Below, one piece after another: positions 30,595 to 39,971 of a DNA stretch of 64,000 bases (within the stretch, counting starts at the first letter, position 1; each line of letters opens with the position of its first letter). The translations under genes and the position numbers were made by a program. The DNA comes from Planctomycetota bacterium. GTDB taxonomy: Bacteria; Planctomycetota; PLA2. The stretch spans positions 4,196 through 68,195 of the forward strand of contig JAJFFF010000043.1 in the NCBI GenBank assembly GCA_021776785.1, written 5' to 3'. Under the pieces are notes generated by a model. It was given only the letters and a program-made list of their open reading frames with translations, did not search any database and was not told the origin of the DNA.

Positions 30595-33024
30595 ATGCGA
30601 CGTCCGGTCCCCCTTCTCCTCGCGCTCGTCTTCTTGCTCGCGCCCCTCGGGATCGCGCCTCCGGCGACGGCGGAACCGGACGCCGATGCCCCCAAACAGG
30701 CGGAACCGGCAAAACCGACGGCGGACGACGCCTCGGTCAAGGCCGCCTCGACCAACCCGGAGTACCGCGAGCGCGGGGCGAAGATGTATGCCGAGATCGG
30801 CGGGACGGACTCGGCCAAAATTTTGGTCGCGATGACCAAGGACCGCGACTGGGGCGTGCAGGTGGCCGCGATCGAGGGCCTGATGCAGGTCCCGTTTGAG
30901 AAATCGCTGCCGGTTTTGCGCGATCTGGCGCTGAGCGGCGACATTCGCCGGGTGCGGGTGGCCGCGGCCCGAGCTCTGCGCCAACTGGATGGCGATCGCA
31001 CGGCCGCGCGGTTTGCGGCGCGACTGGCCAAGATGAAGAAGAAATTGCGGCTGCCGTACATCGAGGCGCTCGGCGTGCTCGGGAACACGACCGCCATCGA
31101 GGCCCTCGCGGGTCAGCTCCGCGCGCCCGACCCCGATCACCGCCTGGCGGCCGCGAAAGCGCTGCTGCGACTGCGGGCCGGGAGCAAATCACTGATCGGC
31201 GCGCTCAAGGATCGGCGCTTTGAGATTCGCATCACCGCGGCCGTTGCCTTGGCCGGCATCGACAACGACGACGCGCGCGCGGCCCTCGTAAAGTTCTTAG
31301 ACAAGGCGACGAAGCCGCACGAGAGCTATGTGCTGCGTCGCATCGGTCGTCGCTCCGTCAAAGTCAACCGCGCGGCGATGGAAAAACGGATCTCCGAACG
31401 GATCTCGGCCAAGAAAAAGCCCATCCACTTTTTGGAGGTGGCAGCGTACGGAAGGATGGCCGGCTGCGCCGAGGCGGCACGCAAGCACCTCGACCATCGG
31501 GATCCGCTGACAGCCGCGTGGGCCTTTTCGGTGGTGGCGTTCGGGGATCAGCCGATCGAGCGCGCCGCGCTCGACAAAGCGCTCAAGAGTCGCGATCGTC
31601 GCTTGCGCTATGCCGCCGCCAAGGCAGCGCTTGCGGCAGAGGAAGGCGCGAAGCGCATCGATGTCGTGCGTCACTTGCTGGCCAACAAGTACGGCGACGT
31701 GACCGATGTTGGTGTGCGGTTCGCCGTCGAGACCGACATGTCGCAGGTGTTGGACGAACTCTTTTATCTCGCGGTCGGCAACACGGCCGCCAAGAAGGAG
31801 TGGTTGGCGCGCACGGCGGCGTGCGTCGCGCTCGGTCGTATCGGCGGCGGCAGTTCGCTCAACCGACTCGCCGCGTTCGCCAAGGCGCGCGAGTGGTGGT
31901 TGCGGGGCGCGGCCTACGAGGGGCTGTATCACACCAAGCGTAAAGAAGCCGTCCCGCTCATGATCGCCAACTTCGACGATAAGAACGCCGCCGTTCGTCT
32001 TACCGTCCGCCGCAATCTCAAGTACATGACCGGCAAGCACTATCCCAACCAGCGCTTTTACCAGGACTGGTGGAGCAAGGTCAGTCGGACGTGGGAGTTT
32101 CAACCGCCGAAAGAAGTCATCACGCAATTGAAACGCGACGGCTACGCCACACGCCAAGTGCGCGAGATCTTGAGCGGCACCGACATTGTTGCCATCAAGG
32201 GCCGTTGGGACAAAGTCGAGTTGATCCTTCAGGATCTGCGCGTCAAACATGACGCGCTTCGCGCGCAGGAACTCAAGGTTCGCGGCGTCACGCCGAAGCA
32301 GATTGTTTTGGTCAACTGCGAGGGCAGCGTCGACAACACCGTTACCAAGCTTCTGCAGTGGTACGTCAGCGCGGGCGGCTACATGGCGACCACGGATTGG
32401 GCGCTGGTGAACGCAACGACGAAGACGTTTCCGAATGTCGTCGTGGGCTACGTGAAGCAATCCACGGGCAACGATGTCGTGATCGTCGAACCGGGCGATC
32501 CGGATCATCCGTCGGTCCAGTCCGTATTTCAGGACTACGTGGACTTGCAGTGGTGGTTAGAAATCCAAGCGTTTCCGATCAAAGTCGAGGACCCGATTCG
32601 CTCGCGCGTGCTCGTCGATAGTCTGCAGATGCTCTCGCGCTACGGATCGAGCGCGATGATGGTCGAGTTCCCGGCGGGGTTGGGCAAGGTCTTGCACTCC
32701 ACGAGTCACTTCTACTTGCAAAAAGAGGGGTTCGCGCACGCGAGCAACGTGCAGGAGCGGCGCGTGTTCGCGGCGGACAACCTTGGGCTGTCGTTTGAGG
32801 AGATCCGCCGCCTTGATCTGAAGCACGCCTTCGACAACGTCAACAACACGACACCGATTTCGCGCAGCTACTCGATGTTCCGGTTGCTCGTGAACTTCAT
32901 CACAGAAAAACGAAACATCGACTTGGGCTTCGCGTCGCGTACCGAGGAGATCGTACGCAAGCCGAAACCAAAGGACGAGAAGCCGGAAAAGAAACCGGAC
33001 GAGAATCCGCCCGCGGACGGTTAG
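30595..33024 (+). CDS. Exported HEAT-repeat protein with a C-terminal alpha/beta (class-I-GATase-like) domain
   Basis: Signal peptide; HEAT units VQVAAIEGL, VRVAAARAL, IRITAAVAL; C-terminal DKVELIL..LVNCEG..GGYMATTDWAL. Confidence 0.7.
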   Translation: MRRPVPLLLALVFLLAPLGIAPPATAEPDADAPKQAEPAKPTADDASVKAASTNPEYRERGAKMYAEIGGTDSAKILVAMTKDRDWGVQVAAIEGLMQVPFEKSLPVLRDLALSGDIRRVRVAAARALRQLDGDRTAARFAARLAKMKKKLRLPYIEALGVLGNTTAIEALAGQLRAPDPDHRLAAAKALLRLRAGSKSLIGALKDRRFEIRITAAVALAGIDNDDARAALVKFLDKATKPHESYVLRRIGRRSVKVNRAAMEKRISERISAKKKPIHFLEVAAYGRMAGCAEAARKHLDHRDPLTAAWAFSVVAFGDQPIERAALDKALKSRDRRLRYAAAKAALAAEEGAKRIDVVRHLLANKYGDVTDVGVRFAVETDMSQVLDELFYLAVGNTAAKKEWLARTAACVALGRIGGGSSLNRLAAFAKAREWWLRGAAYEGLYHTKRKEAVPLMIANFDDKNAAVRLTVRRNLKYMTGKHYPNQRFYQDWWSKVSRTWEFQPPKEVITQLKRDGYATRQVREILSGTDIVAIKGRWDKVELILQDLRVKHDALRAQELKVRGVTPKQIVLVNCEGSVDNTVTKLLQWYVSAGGYMATTDWALVNATTKTFPNVVVGYVKQSTGNDVVIVEPGDPDHPSVQSVFQDYVDLQWWLEIQAFPIKVEDPIRSRVLVDSLQMLSRYGSSAMMVEFPAGLGKVLHSTSHFYLQKEGFAHASNVQERRVFAADNLGLSFEEIRRLDLKHAFDNVNNTTPISRSYSMFRLLVNFITEKRNIDLGFASRTEEIVRKPKPKDEKPEKKPDENPPADG

Positions 33025-33031
33025 CGGTTCG

Positions 33032-33769
33032 TTAGCCGGCGTCCGTCTTGCGCATGAGATCGGCCAGCTCTTCTTTAGGGATCGGCAACGCGACCGTCTC
33101 GCCCGGCTTCTCGATCATGATCGGGACGGGCGTGTCGGAGTCGAAGCCGGAGCCGCTACGGACCGAAGGGCTTGACCCGGCGCGGTACCGCATGACGCGC
33201 CAACGAACCTGCCACGCACCGATCTGCGGGACGAAGAGCGAAACCGAACGCGTCTTGGGATCCACGCTCAATTCCGGCCACGGGTCTCGATCCACCCACG
33301 GCACATCCCAGTGCTTATCTGTCGCCACGAACTCACCGAGCACCGACGCCCAACGCTTGGTCTCGCCGACCGGCTCGAGCTCGACTTCAAGGGTCTGGCC
33401 GGCATCCGGCAGCGCGAATGCGCCGGGAACGGCGAGCGTGACCCGGTGGCCGAAGGGCAACACGATCTCATTCCCCCAAGGCACGTTCGTCTCAACAACT
33501 TCGCAGCCGGGTGCGCCGACAATCAGCTTGGTCCAGGGCCAGCACTTGCCGCGCGCGATCTGGGTCCACCCGTCGCCGCTGGAGACGGCGGCGCCGTAGT
33601 CGTGCTGTCCATTGGCGTCGCGGATGTAGACCACCGCGTGCATGACAACGTTGCCTTCGGTGTTGACGATGCGCAGATGCTTTGGACCCAGCGGACCGAC
33701 TTCGGCGAAGTACGAGACGACGGCGCCGACGAGTAAGAACGCAATGATCAAGAGCACGCGTTTGCGCAT
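33032..33769 (-). CDS. Hypothetical membrane-anchored beta-rich protein
   Basis: N-terminal MRKRVLLIIAFLLVGAVV; fills the gap between genes. Confidence 0.55.
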   Translation of the reverse strand: MRKRVLLIIAFLLVGAVVSYFAEVGPLGPKHLRIVNTEGNVVMHAVVYIRDANGQHDYGAAVSSGDGWTQIARGKCWPWTKLIVGAPGCEVVETNVPWGNEIVLPFGHRVTLAVPGAFALPDAGQTLEVELEPVGETKRWASVLGEFVATDKHWDVPWVDRDPWPELSVDPKTRSVSLFVPQIGAWQVRWRVMRYRAGSSPSVRSGSGFDSDTPVPIMIEKPGETVALPIPKEELADLMRKTDAG

Positions 33770-33795
33770 TCAATCCACTGTAAACTCTTGCTGGG

Positions 33796-34989
33796 ATGGA
33801 TGGAACGAGCGACTCGGTGCGCGCACCGCGATGGCGGATAGTCGTCGAAGCCACGCTGATTTCCGCGGCGAGTTTCGGCGTGTTCTTGGCCGCGGATCAA
33901 TGGATGCGCGACTGGTCGCTGCCGCCGCGCTGGCGGGATCCGATCTTCCGCGCGCCGGCGATCCTGTTCCTCCTCGCCGTGCTGACGGCGGCTCGTTGGT
34001 GGAAGTCATCCGGCGCGCTCACGATCTCCACAGCGCGACAGATCTTTCACATTCGTCGCTGGTGGCCGCTGTGGATCTATTTTGCATGGACGATCTCGCT
34101 CGTTGATTGGCGCGCCGAGCACGATGTCTGGAGCATTCTCGGCACAGCCGCGGCGGTCGCCGTTTTTGAAGAGTTTACGTTTCGCGGGATCGTACTGAAC
34201 CGGCTTCAATCGCTCGGTCGCGCCCGGGCGGTTGGAATCAGCGCGGTCCTCTTCTCCGCTGCGCATTCGTGGAACTTCGTTCACGCGTCGGGATGGGAAT
34301 CTGGGTGGCAGTACTACTGGCCGCTCGTCGCTGGCATCATGCTCGGGCAGCTTTGGTGGGAGACGAAGTGCTTGTGGCTCTGCGTCGCACTGCACCTGGT
34401 CAACAACGGGCTTAACGACATGACGTTTGGCCCGCATCGTTGGAGTCGTTGGGCCTTGGGTGAGGTCCCCGTCGAGTTGTTGCTGTTTAGCATTCTGTTC
34501 GCCGCCATCGCCATCCGCCATCGCGCCGCCGCGTTCGTTCGGGCCGGCATCGCTTTCGCGCTCGTATGGAGCGTTGTGATCGGGTTCGCCGAGGGCGGTC
34601 CACATGCCGACTGGAAGGGCCCGGCCGCATCGATCAAAATCACGATCAAATCGAACTCGGTCACAGGGATGTCAGGCGCTAGAAAATGGGCGCGGTACAC
34701 CTACAGCGTGCGGCTCACCCCATCGCCATCCGACACCAAGTTGTCACGGATCGTGGTTCGCGGCCCGTTTGCCGGGGCGACGTCGTACGTTGCCGAGCAC
34801 AAACGCACGAAGTGGAGCGGCACAAAAAAAAGCGACCACGAAATCTCGTGGCGCGCCGGTGAACCGGGAACGACCTACAAGATCGAAACGACGAAGAAAC
34901 TTACGCGTCTGACGACCGAAGTGTATTACGTGAATCGACTCGGGTACGAACGAGTTGACCGGCACACTCACTACTTTAGCGCCAAGTAG
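33796..34989 (+). CDS. CPBP (CAAX/Abi) intramembrane metalloprotease with a C-terminal soluble extension
   Basis: EEFTFRG, FSAAH, HLVNN motifs. Confidence 0.8.
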   Translation: MDGTSDSVRAPRWRIVVEATLISAASFGVFLAADQWMRDWSLPPRWRDPIFRAPAILFLLAVLTAARWWKSSGALTISTARQIFHIRRWWPLWIYFAWTISLVDWRAEHDVWSILGTAAAVAVFEEFTFRGIVLNRLQSLGRARAVGISAVLFSAAHSWNFVHASGWESGWQYYWPLVAGIMLGQLWWETKCLWLCVALHLVNNGLNDMTFGPHRWSRWALGEVPVELLLFSILFAAIAIRHRAAAFVRAGIAFALVWSVVIGFAEGGPHADWKGPAASIKITIKSNSVTGMSGARKWARYTYSVRLTPSPSDTKLSRIVVRGPFAGATSYVAEHKRTKWSGTKKSDHEISWRAGEPGTTYKIETTKKLTRLTTEVYYVNRLGYERVDRHTHYFSAK

Positions 34990-35085
34990 AGGCGGCTCGG
35001 GAGCGAAGGGCGGACCCTCGTTCCAATGCGTTGGGAGCGCATCGTATCGGCGAAGCTCTTCTCGTGAATCGGGAGCTGGATCGAG

Positions 35086-35973
35086 TTACGTGCTTGAGCC
35101 TGCCGGCGGGCTCCGCAGGCTCGCAAGCCAAGCGGCGCCGAGCGCGAGAAGCACGGCGGCGCCGATGTCTCGCTTTTCCGGCAGGCGGTCCAGCACCACG
35201 TAGGACAACACGAACACCACAGCGGGTTGCACGCGATTCATGAGGGCGGCCTTGCCGGCGTCGATGCGCTGGAGTGCGTAGAGGAAAAACAGGCCGTGGA
35301 GGTAGGGCCCGAAGACACCCCCCGCGATCGCGGCGCAGGCGGTCGGCAGCGTGATCGTGAACGGCTCGGGATTCAGGGCGTAGTAGACGCCGACGATGAC
35401 GAACGCGATCAGGTTGCGCCAAAACATCAGCACACTCGCCGGTGTGCCCGTGATCCATTTTTTGGCGCCGATCGTGGCTAGCGACGCGGCGACGAGGCCC
35501 GCCATCAGGATGAGGAATCCACGCAGCTCGACGCCACCGCCGCTCCACGGGGCAAACACAAACACGCCGGCAAAGATCACCGATGTCGCGATCCACTGCA
35601 TGCGGGAAAATCGTTCGCCGAGAAGCCATACCGAGAGGCCGATCGTCAATAGGATGCTTGTCTGCGACAGGCTCGTAAGCAGCGTCTCGTTGAGGTAATG
35701 CAGCGCCCAAAAGTGTGCGAGCGTGCCGAGTCCCATGAGAAGCCCATAGGTCAGCGCGTGCCACCAGCGGCCCGCCAACGGTCGAAATCCAGCCGCGCCG
35801 TCCTTGATCAAGACGTGCACGCCGCTGCACAAAACGCCGACGGCCAGGATGCACGCGAGGAACGGGATGTAGCTGAGCCCGCGTGGCTCGGAATAGACGG
35901 CGAGGTTGTACCGGATGGCGCCGGTGACCGCGGAAAGAAACGCGAAGAGGTAACCCGCGCGCGTTGCCGACAT
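35086..35973 (-). CDS. DMT/EamA family transporter
   Basis: About 10 TM helices in two halves; LLGERFS, ALQRIDAGKAA. Confidence 0.85.
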   Translation of the reverse strand: MSATRAGYLFAFLSAVTGAIRYNLAVYSEPRGLSYIPFLACILAVGVLCSGVHVLIKDGAAGFRPLAGRWWHALTYGLLMGLGTLAHFWALHYLNETLLTSLSQTSILLTIGLSVWLLGERFSRMQWIATSVIFAGVFVFAPWSGGGVELRGFLILMAGLVAASLATIGAKKWITGTPASVLMFWRNLIAFVIVGVYYALNPEPFTITLPTACAAIAGGVFGPYLHGLFFLYALQRIDAGKAALMNRVQPAVVFVLSYVVLDRLPEKRDIGAAVLLALGAAWLASLRSPPAGSST

Positions 35974-36582
35974 CTAAAGGCCCATAGCTTCCAGCAGGCA
36001 TCGCGCCAACACGCTTTTGTCCACGGTGCCGAGGTCCGTGGTGGTTCCGTCGCGCGCGACGAGCAAGAACTCCGCGCCCTCCGCGCCGATCGCCGCGGGC
36101 GTGTTGAGTACGCACCAGTCCGCGTTCTTGCTTTCCAGTTTGCGGTGGGCGTGCTCGAGACCGTCGGTTGTCTCGAGTGCGAAAATCGCGAACGGTTTGT
36201 CGTGTCGTCGCGCGCCGACGTTGGCGGCAATGTCTGGGTTTTCGATGAGCTCGAGCGTCGTCATTTCACCGCGCTTAAGCTTGCGTACGCTCTGCGTCGC
36301 GGGGCGGTAGTCGCACACGGCGGCGGCGCAGATGATCGCATCGCAGCTCGGCAAAAACTCAAGGACGGCGTGAAGCATCTCGTCGGTTGTTTCGACGGCG
36401 TAAACATCAACGCTCGGCGGCGGCTGCACGGCGACCGGTCCGAGAACAAGTTGTACGTCGTGCCCGCGATCATAGGCCACTTCAGCAAGCGCTAAGCCCA
36501 TGCGCCCCGAGGAGCGATTCGAGATGAAGCGAACCGGATCGATGGGCTCGCGCGTCGGGCCCGCCGTGATCAGGACCCTCAC
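35974..36582 (-). CDS. coaB: Phosphopantothenoylcysteine synthetase (stand-alone CoaB)
   Basis: [43 protein letters not shown] overlap with coaC. Confidence 0.9.
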   Translation of the reverse strand: MRVLITAGPTREPIDPVRFISNRSSGRMGLALAEVAYDRGHDVQLVLGPVAVQPPPSVDVYAVETTDEMLHAVLEFLPSCDAIICAAAVCDYRPATQSVRKLKRGEMTTLELIENPDIAANVGARRHDKPFAIFALETTDGLEHAHRKLESKNADWCVLNTPAAIGAEGAEFLLVARDGTTTDLGTVDKSVLARCLLEAMGL

Positions 36583-37112
36583 AGCGCGTTTCGAATGGCG
36601 GCCAAGATTGTGTCCGTGGCGGCGAGGCGACCTTTGCCGTAGTCGCCGCACGCCAAGAACCCATCGTCGGGTTCGATCACCGTAACTCCGCGCGCGCGGA
36701 GGGTGGCCACGTTCTCGCGCACGGTCACGTGATCGTACATGCGTGTGTTCATCGCGGGCGCGACCATCACGGGGCACGTCACCGAAATGTACGTCGTCGA
36801 CACGATGTCGTCGGCGAGTCCGTGCGCCATCTTCGCCAGGATGTTGGCCGTCGCCGGTGCCACGACGAAGAGGTCGGCCACGTCGCCGAGCGCGAGGTGC
36901 TCGGGGCGGTCCGCAAAATCGCCGACGTTCGCGTCGGTGATGACGGGGCGCCCTGACAGCGTCGAGAACGTGAGCTCGCCGATGAAACGCTTGGCGTACG
37001 CGCTCATCACGACGCGCACGTCGATACCCTCCTTGCGCAAGGCCGATGTGACATCGGCCGCGCGAAACGCAGCGATCGAACCGGTAACACCTAACACGAC
37101 GGTTTTGCTCAC
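36579..37112 (-). CDS. coaC: Phosphopantothenoylcysteine decarboxylase (stand-alone CoaC flavoprotein)
   Basis: [39 protein letters not shown]. Confidence 0.9.
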   Translation of the reverse strand: MSKTVVLGVTGSIAAFRAADVTSALRKEGIDVRVVMSAYAKRFIGELTFSTLSGRPVITDANVGDFADRPEHLALGDVADLFVVAPATANILAKMAHGLADDIVSTTYISVTCPVMVAPAMNTRMYDHVTVRENVATLRARGVTVIEPDDGFLACGDYGKGRLAATDTILAAIRNAL

Positions 37113-37177
37113 GCCGTGATTCTAGCGCGCCGACAACTTCGAAGACAGGCACTTGCGTCGCCCTCGATAATTGGTGG

Positions 37178-37975
37178 ATGGTTCAAAAGCCCGGCGGCGG
37201 TTACATCGACGATCTGCCCGAGACCGCAGAGGGAAGCGGGTACTACGAACTCGACGCCACGCGCGACGAGTACTTGGCGTTTCACTATCCGGACGGTGAT
37301 CCGTTGGCATCGCTGCTCGGTGAGCGCACGCCGCCGCTGGAGGACCGCTACCCGTTCGGTGTGCGCAAGTTGTGGCACGCGCGGCCCGAGGGCGATGCGC
37401 TCGATGTCGGTGGGGCCGTCGGGCGCGTGACGTTTGACTTGGCGCGGGACCATCGCCACGCGTATGGATTCGACTTCTCCAAGACGTTGGTCCGTGGTGC
37501 GTACGACGTGGCCCGCCATGGCCGCGCCGTCTACACGACCGTCATCGAAGGTGATCTGCGCGCGCGTCACGATGTCGCCGTCGCGACACCGCCGAATGTG
37601 TCGTTCGTCGTCGCCAACGCCTTGGCGATTCCGTTTCCCGAGGCGCACTTTGCCACCGTTGTCGCGCTAAACTTGGTCGATCGGGTTCCGGACCCGCTTC
37701 GGTTGCTCGCGGAACTCACCCGCGTCACAGCGCCCGGCGGCACCCTTCTCGTGGGGTCGCCGTTTACGTGGTTGGCCACATTTACCCCGCGCGCGAAGTG
37801 GTTGGGCGGCCGCGAGGAAGAGGGGCAGCCGATGCGCGGCGCCGCGACGTTACGCGCGGAGCTGGCGGCTGCGTTCGAGTTTAAAAGTGAGTGTCGCGTG
37901 CCGTTTTACATCCCGCACCACGACCGGTCGGGACAGTTCGGCGTGTCGCACGTGCAACACTTCGTTCGTCGCTAG
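37178..37975 (+). CDS. Class I SAM methyltransferase resembling the OvoA C-terminal domain
   Basis: YYELD..EYLAFHY, ALDVGGAVGR..FDLAR, GFDFS, NLVDRVPDP, SPFTW..FTPRAKWLGG. Confidence 0.75.
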   Translation: MVQKPGGGYIDDLPETAEGSGYYELDATRDEYLAFHYPDGDPLASLLGERTPPLEDRYPFGVRKLWHARPEGDALDVGGAVGRVTFDLARDHRHAYGFDFSKTLVRGAYDVARHGRAVYTTVIEGDLRARHDVAVATPPNVSFVVANALAIPFPEAHFATVVALNLVDRVPDPLRLLAELTRVTAPGGTLLVGSPFTWLATFTPRAKWLGGREEEGQPMRGAATLRAELAAAFEFKSECRVPFYIPHHDRSGQFGVSHVQHFVRR

Positions 37976-39084
37976 CGCGGGCCGGGCGTCGGCATCTCGA
38001 CGGAAACTTCTCGCGTTTGCCCGACGACGATCAACGAGGACTGTCCCCATTCCCGTGGGGCCCGTTCGCCTGTGTAGTGACACCGCATGCGCCACACGGC
38101 GACGCCGGGAGGGAGCGTCGTTTGGACCGTCGTGTTGGCGGCGGGCGGTGCCCTGCGGATGGCGCGCCACGTCCCATCCCGGAGTTGCACTTCCAACCGA
38201 AACAGACGGATGTTTACCTCGGTTTTTTTCTTCGGAAACCGGAACAAGAGCTCGCCGGCGGGTTCCATCTCGATGACGACGTCGGTCGTCGCGCCGGATG
38301 CAACGACGACGGTCTGCTCTCCATACCAACCGGGGCGCGAAACCGTCATCGGTATCGTCAGTCCGGCGGCGACGTCGTGGATCGTGAACTCATAGCTGTC
38401 GGCGCGACGGAGCTCATGCGAGCTCCCGACGAAGGCCCGTTTTCCACCCGACTGAAAGGAGCCGCGAACCGAGTTCGGCAACCGAAGCAGCAGTGTGCCG
38501 GGGCGATTCATGGGCGCATGGGCTGCAAAACGAACGCGCGCGTGAATCGCTCCGGACGGCGCAACGAACACGAGCAGAGGCCGGTCCGGTATGGCATTTC
38601 CATCGACGATGGTGGCGGAGTAGCCGCCGCCGACCGATCGGATCAAAAGCACATGGCGTGTCGGCGGGAGGTTTCGGATCTCCGCGCCGCCTTCGCGAAT
38701 CACGATCGTTGGCGATGGGTTCGAGCCGGTGGAGGCGGCGGACGTATCCCGGGCCGTGGACGACCCGTCATCGAGAGGCCACACGGAGACATCGTGCGGC
38801 CGGATCGGAAGGCGCGTGCGCAGATCCAGCGTCTCGACCTGGAGGGTCCGCTCCCTTTCTTGTTTCGGATCCTTGGCGTCGCCATGGGCGTCGTCTGCTG
38901 GCTGTGTTTCTTGCGTCCGCACCGCAGGACGCGCGTCACCACGGTCGCGTTCGTTTGGTTTAGATTCGTTGGGTTTTCGCGCCGCCGCCGCGCGTCGATC
39001 CACACGTTCCGAAAGGAGCGCTATCAAAAAAACGAGCGACATGACGAATCCAGCGATCGTCGCTTTGAGGCGCATGCGGCTCAT
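37972..39084 (-). CDS. Hypothetical membrane-anchored beta-rich protein
   Basis: N-terminal TM IAGFVMSLVFLIALL; SD GGAG upstream of ATG 39084. Confidence 0.55.
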   Translation of the reverse strand: MSRMRLKATIAGFVMSLVFLIALLSERVDRRAAAARKPNESKPNERDRGDARPAVRTQETQPADDAHGDAKDPKQERERTLQVETLDLRTRLPIRPHDVSVWPLDDGSSTARDTSAASTGSNPSPTIVIREGGAEIRNLPPTRHVLLIRSVGGGYSATIVDGNAIPDRPLLVFVAPSGAIHARVRFAAHAPMNRPGTLLLRLPNSVRGSFQSGGKRAFVGSSHELRRADSYEFTIHDVAAGLTIPMTVSRPGWYGEQTVVVASGATTDVVIEMEPAGELLFRFPKKKTEVNIRLFRLEVQLRDGTWRAIRRAPPAANTTVQTTLPPGVAVWRMRCHYTGERAPREWGQSSLIVVGQTREVSVEMPTPGPR

Positions 39085-39113
39085 CTTCTTCACTCCGTGC
39101 TGCGGCGCGAGGG

Positions 39114-39971
39114 CTATGGCGAAAACACCGAGTGGAACTCGAAGACGGCTTCCATCGAGATCATGAACACGGTGGTCGAGCTAAACACGACGATCCAGGT
39201 GGCCCACCGCGGGAGGCGCAATCGCCCGGCGACGGCTTGGGTTGCGAAAAACAACGTTTGGACGCCGAGGAGTTCTGGGACGGCGGTCCAGAACAGATAT
39301 TCGTGCAGCAAAGCGCTGTAGGTGAACCCGGCGATGAGACCGCGATTGGGGTGGCGCGCTCCGCCGATGGGTCGATAGATGTTGTCTTTGAGCCACAGGT
39401 GCACCATCAAATCGAACCGCGCCCAAAAATCGAGCACGCTGCGGGCGCGCAAAACGTGGCGGAAAAACCCATCGACTTTCCAGCCGCCGATTGCCATCAC
39501 GCCGACGATGAGATCGCTCGCTCCGCCGATGCAAAAAAAGATCTCCCACACTTTGAGGCAGTGGCTCAAAAACCACGCGCGGTGGTCGAGATCGAAGTGG
39601 GCGCCGAGATAGATCAACGCGAGACCGATCCCAAACCGCGGGGCGGCGCGCCACAGTTCGGGAACGACGGTCGGGCCGTCATGTCGTCGGAACGCGCGCG
39701 GCCACGTCAGCGTGTTGGGCCACACAAAAAAAAGCAGGTAACGACGAACCGTGAACGCGGGCCGCCGGCGCAAGAGATCCACGCTCTTGGCGCAGATCGT
39801 CGCGGCGAAGACGGCCAGTCCCCAGCGCGGCAACTTTGCGAGTTCGTCGAGCTGGAGTGGCGCCGCCAACGCGCATGCCCAGAGCGGAAGGCCGAACGCC
39901 CAGTGCGCGCGTCGGCGCACCAGAAAAAACGTCCCGGCGATCGGGACCAGGAGGAGCAGCGTGGCGATCAT
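39114..39971 (-). CDS. MBOAT family (wax-synthase-like) membrane O-acyltransferase
   Basis: SVLDFWARF..VHLWL..IYRP, FTYSALLHEY (catalytic His); ATGA overlap with the upstream gene. Confidence 0.8.
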   Translation of the reverse strand: MIATLLLLVPIAGTFFLVRRRAHWAFGLPLWACALAAPLQLDELAKLPRWGLAVFAATICAKSVDLLRRRPAFTVRRYLLFFVWPNTLTWPRAFRRHDGPTVVPELWRAAPRFGIGLALIYLGAHFDLDHRAWFLSHCLKVWEIFFCIGGASDLIVGVMAIGGWKVDGFFRHVLRARSVLDFWARFDLMVHLWLKDNIYRPIGGARHPNRGLIAGFTYSALLHEYLFWTAVPELLGVQTLFFATQAVAGRLRLPRWATWIVVFSSTTVFMISMEAVFEFHSVFSP

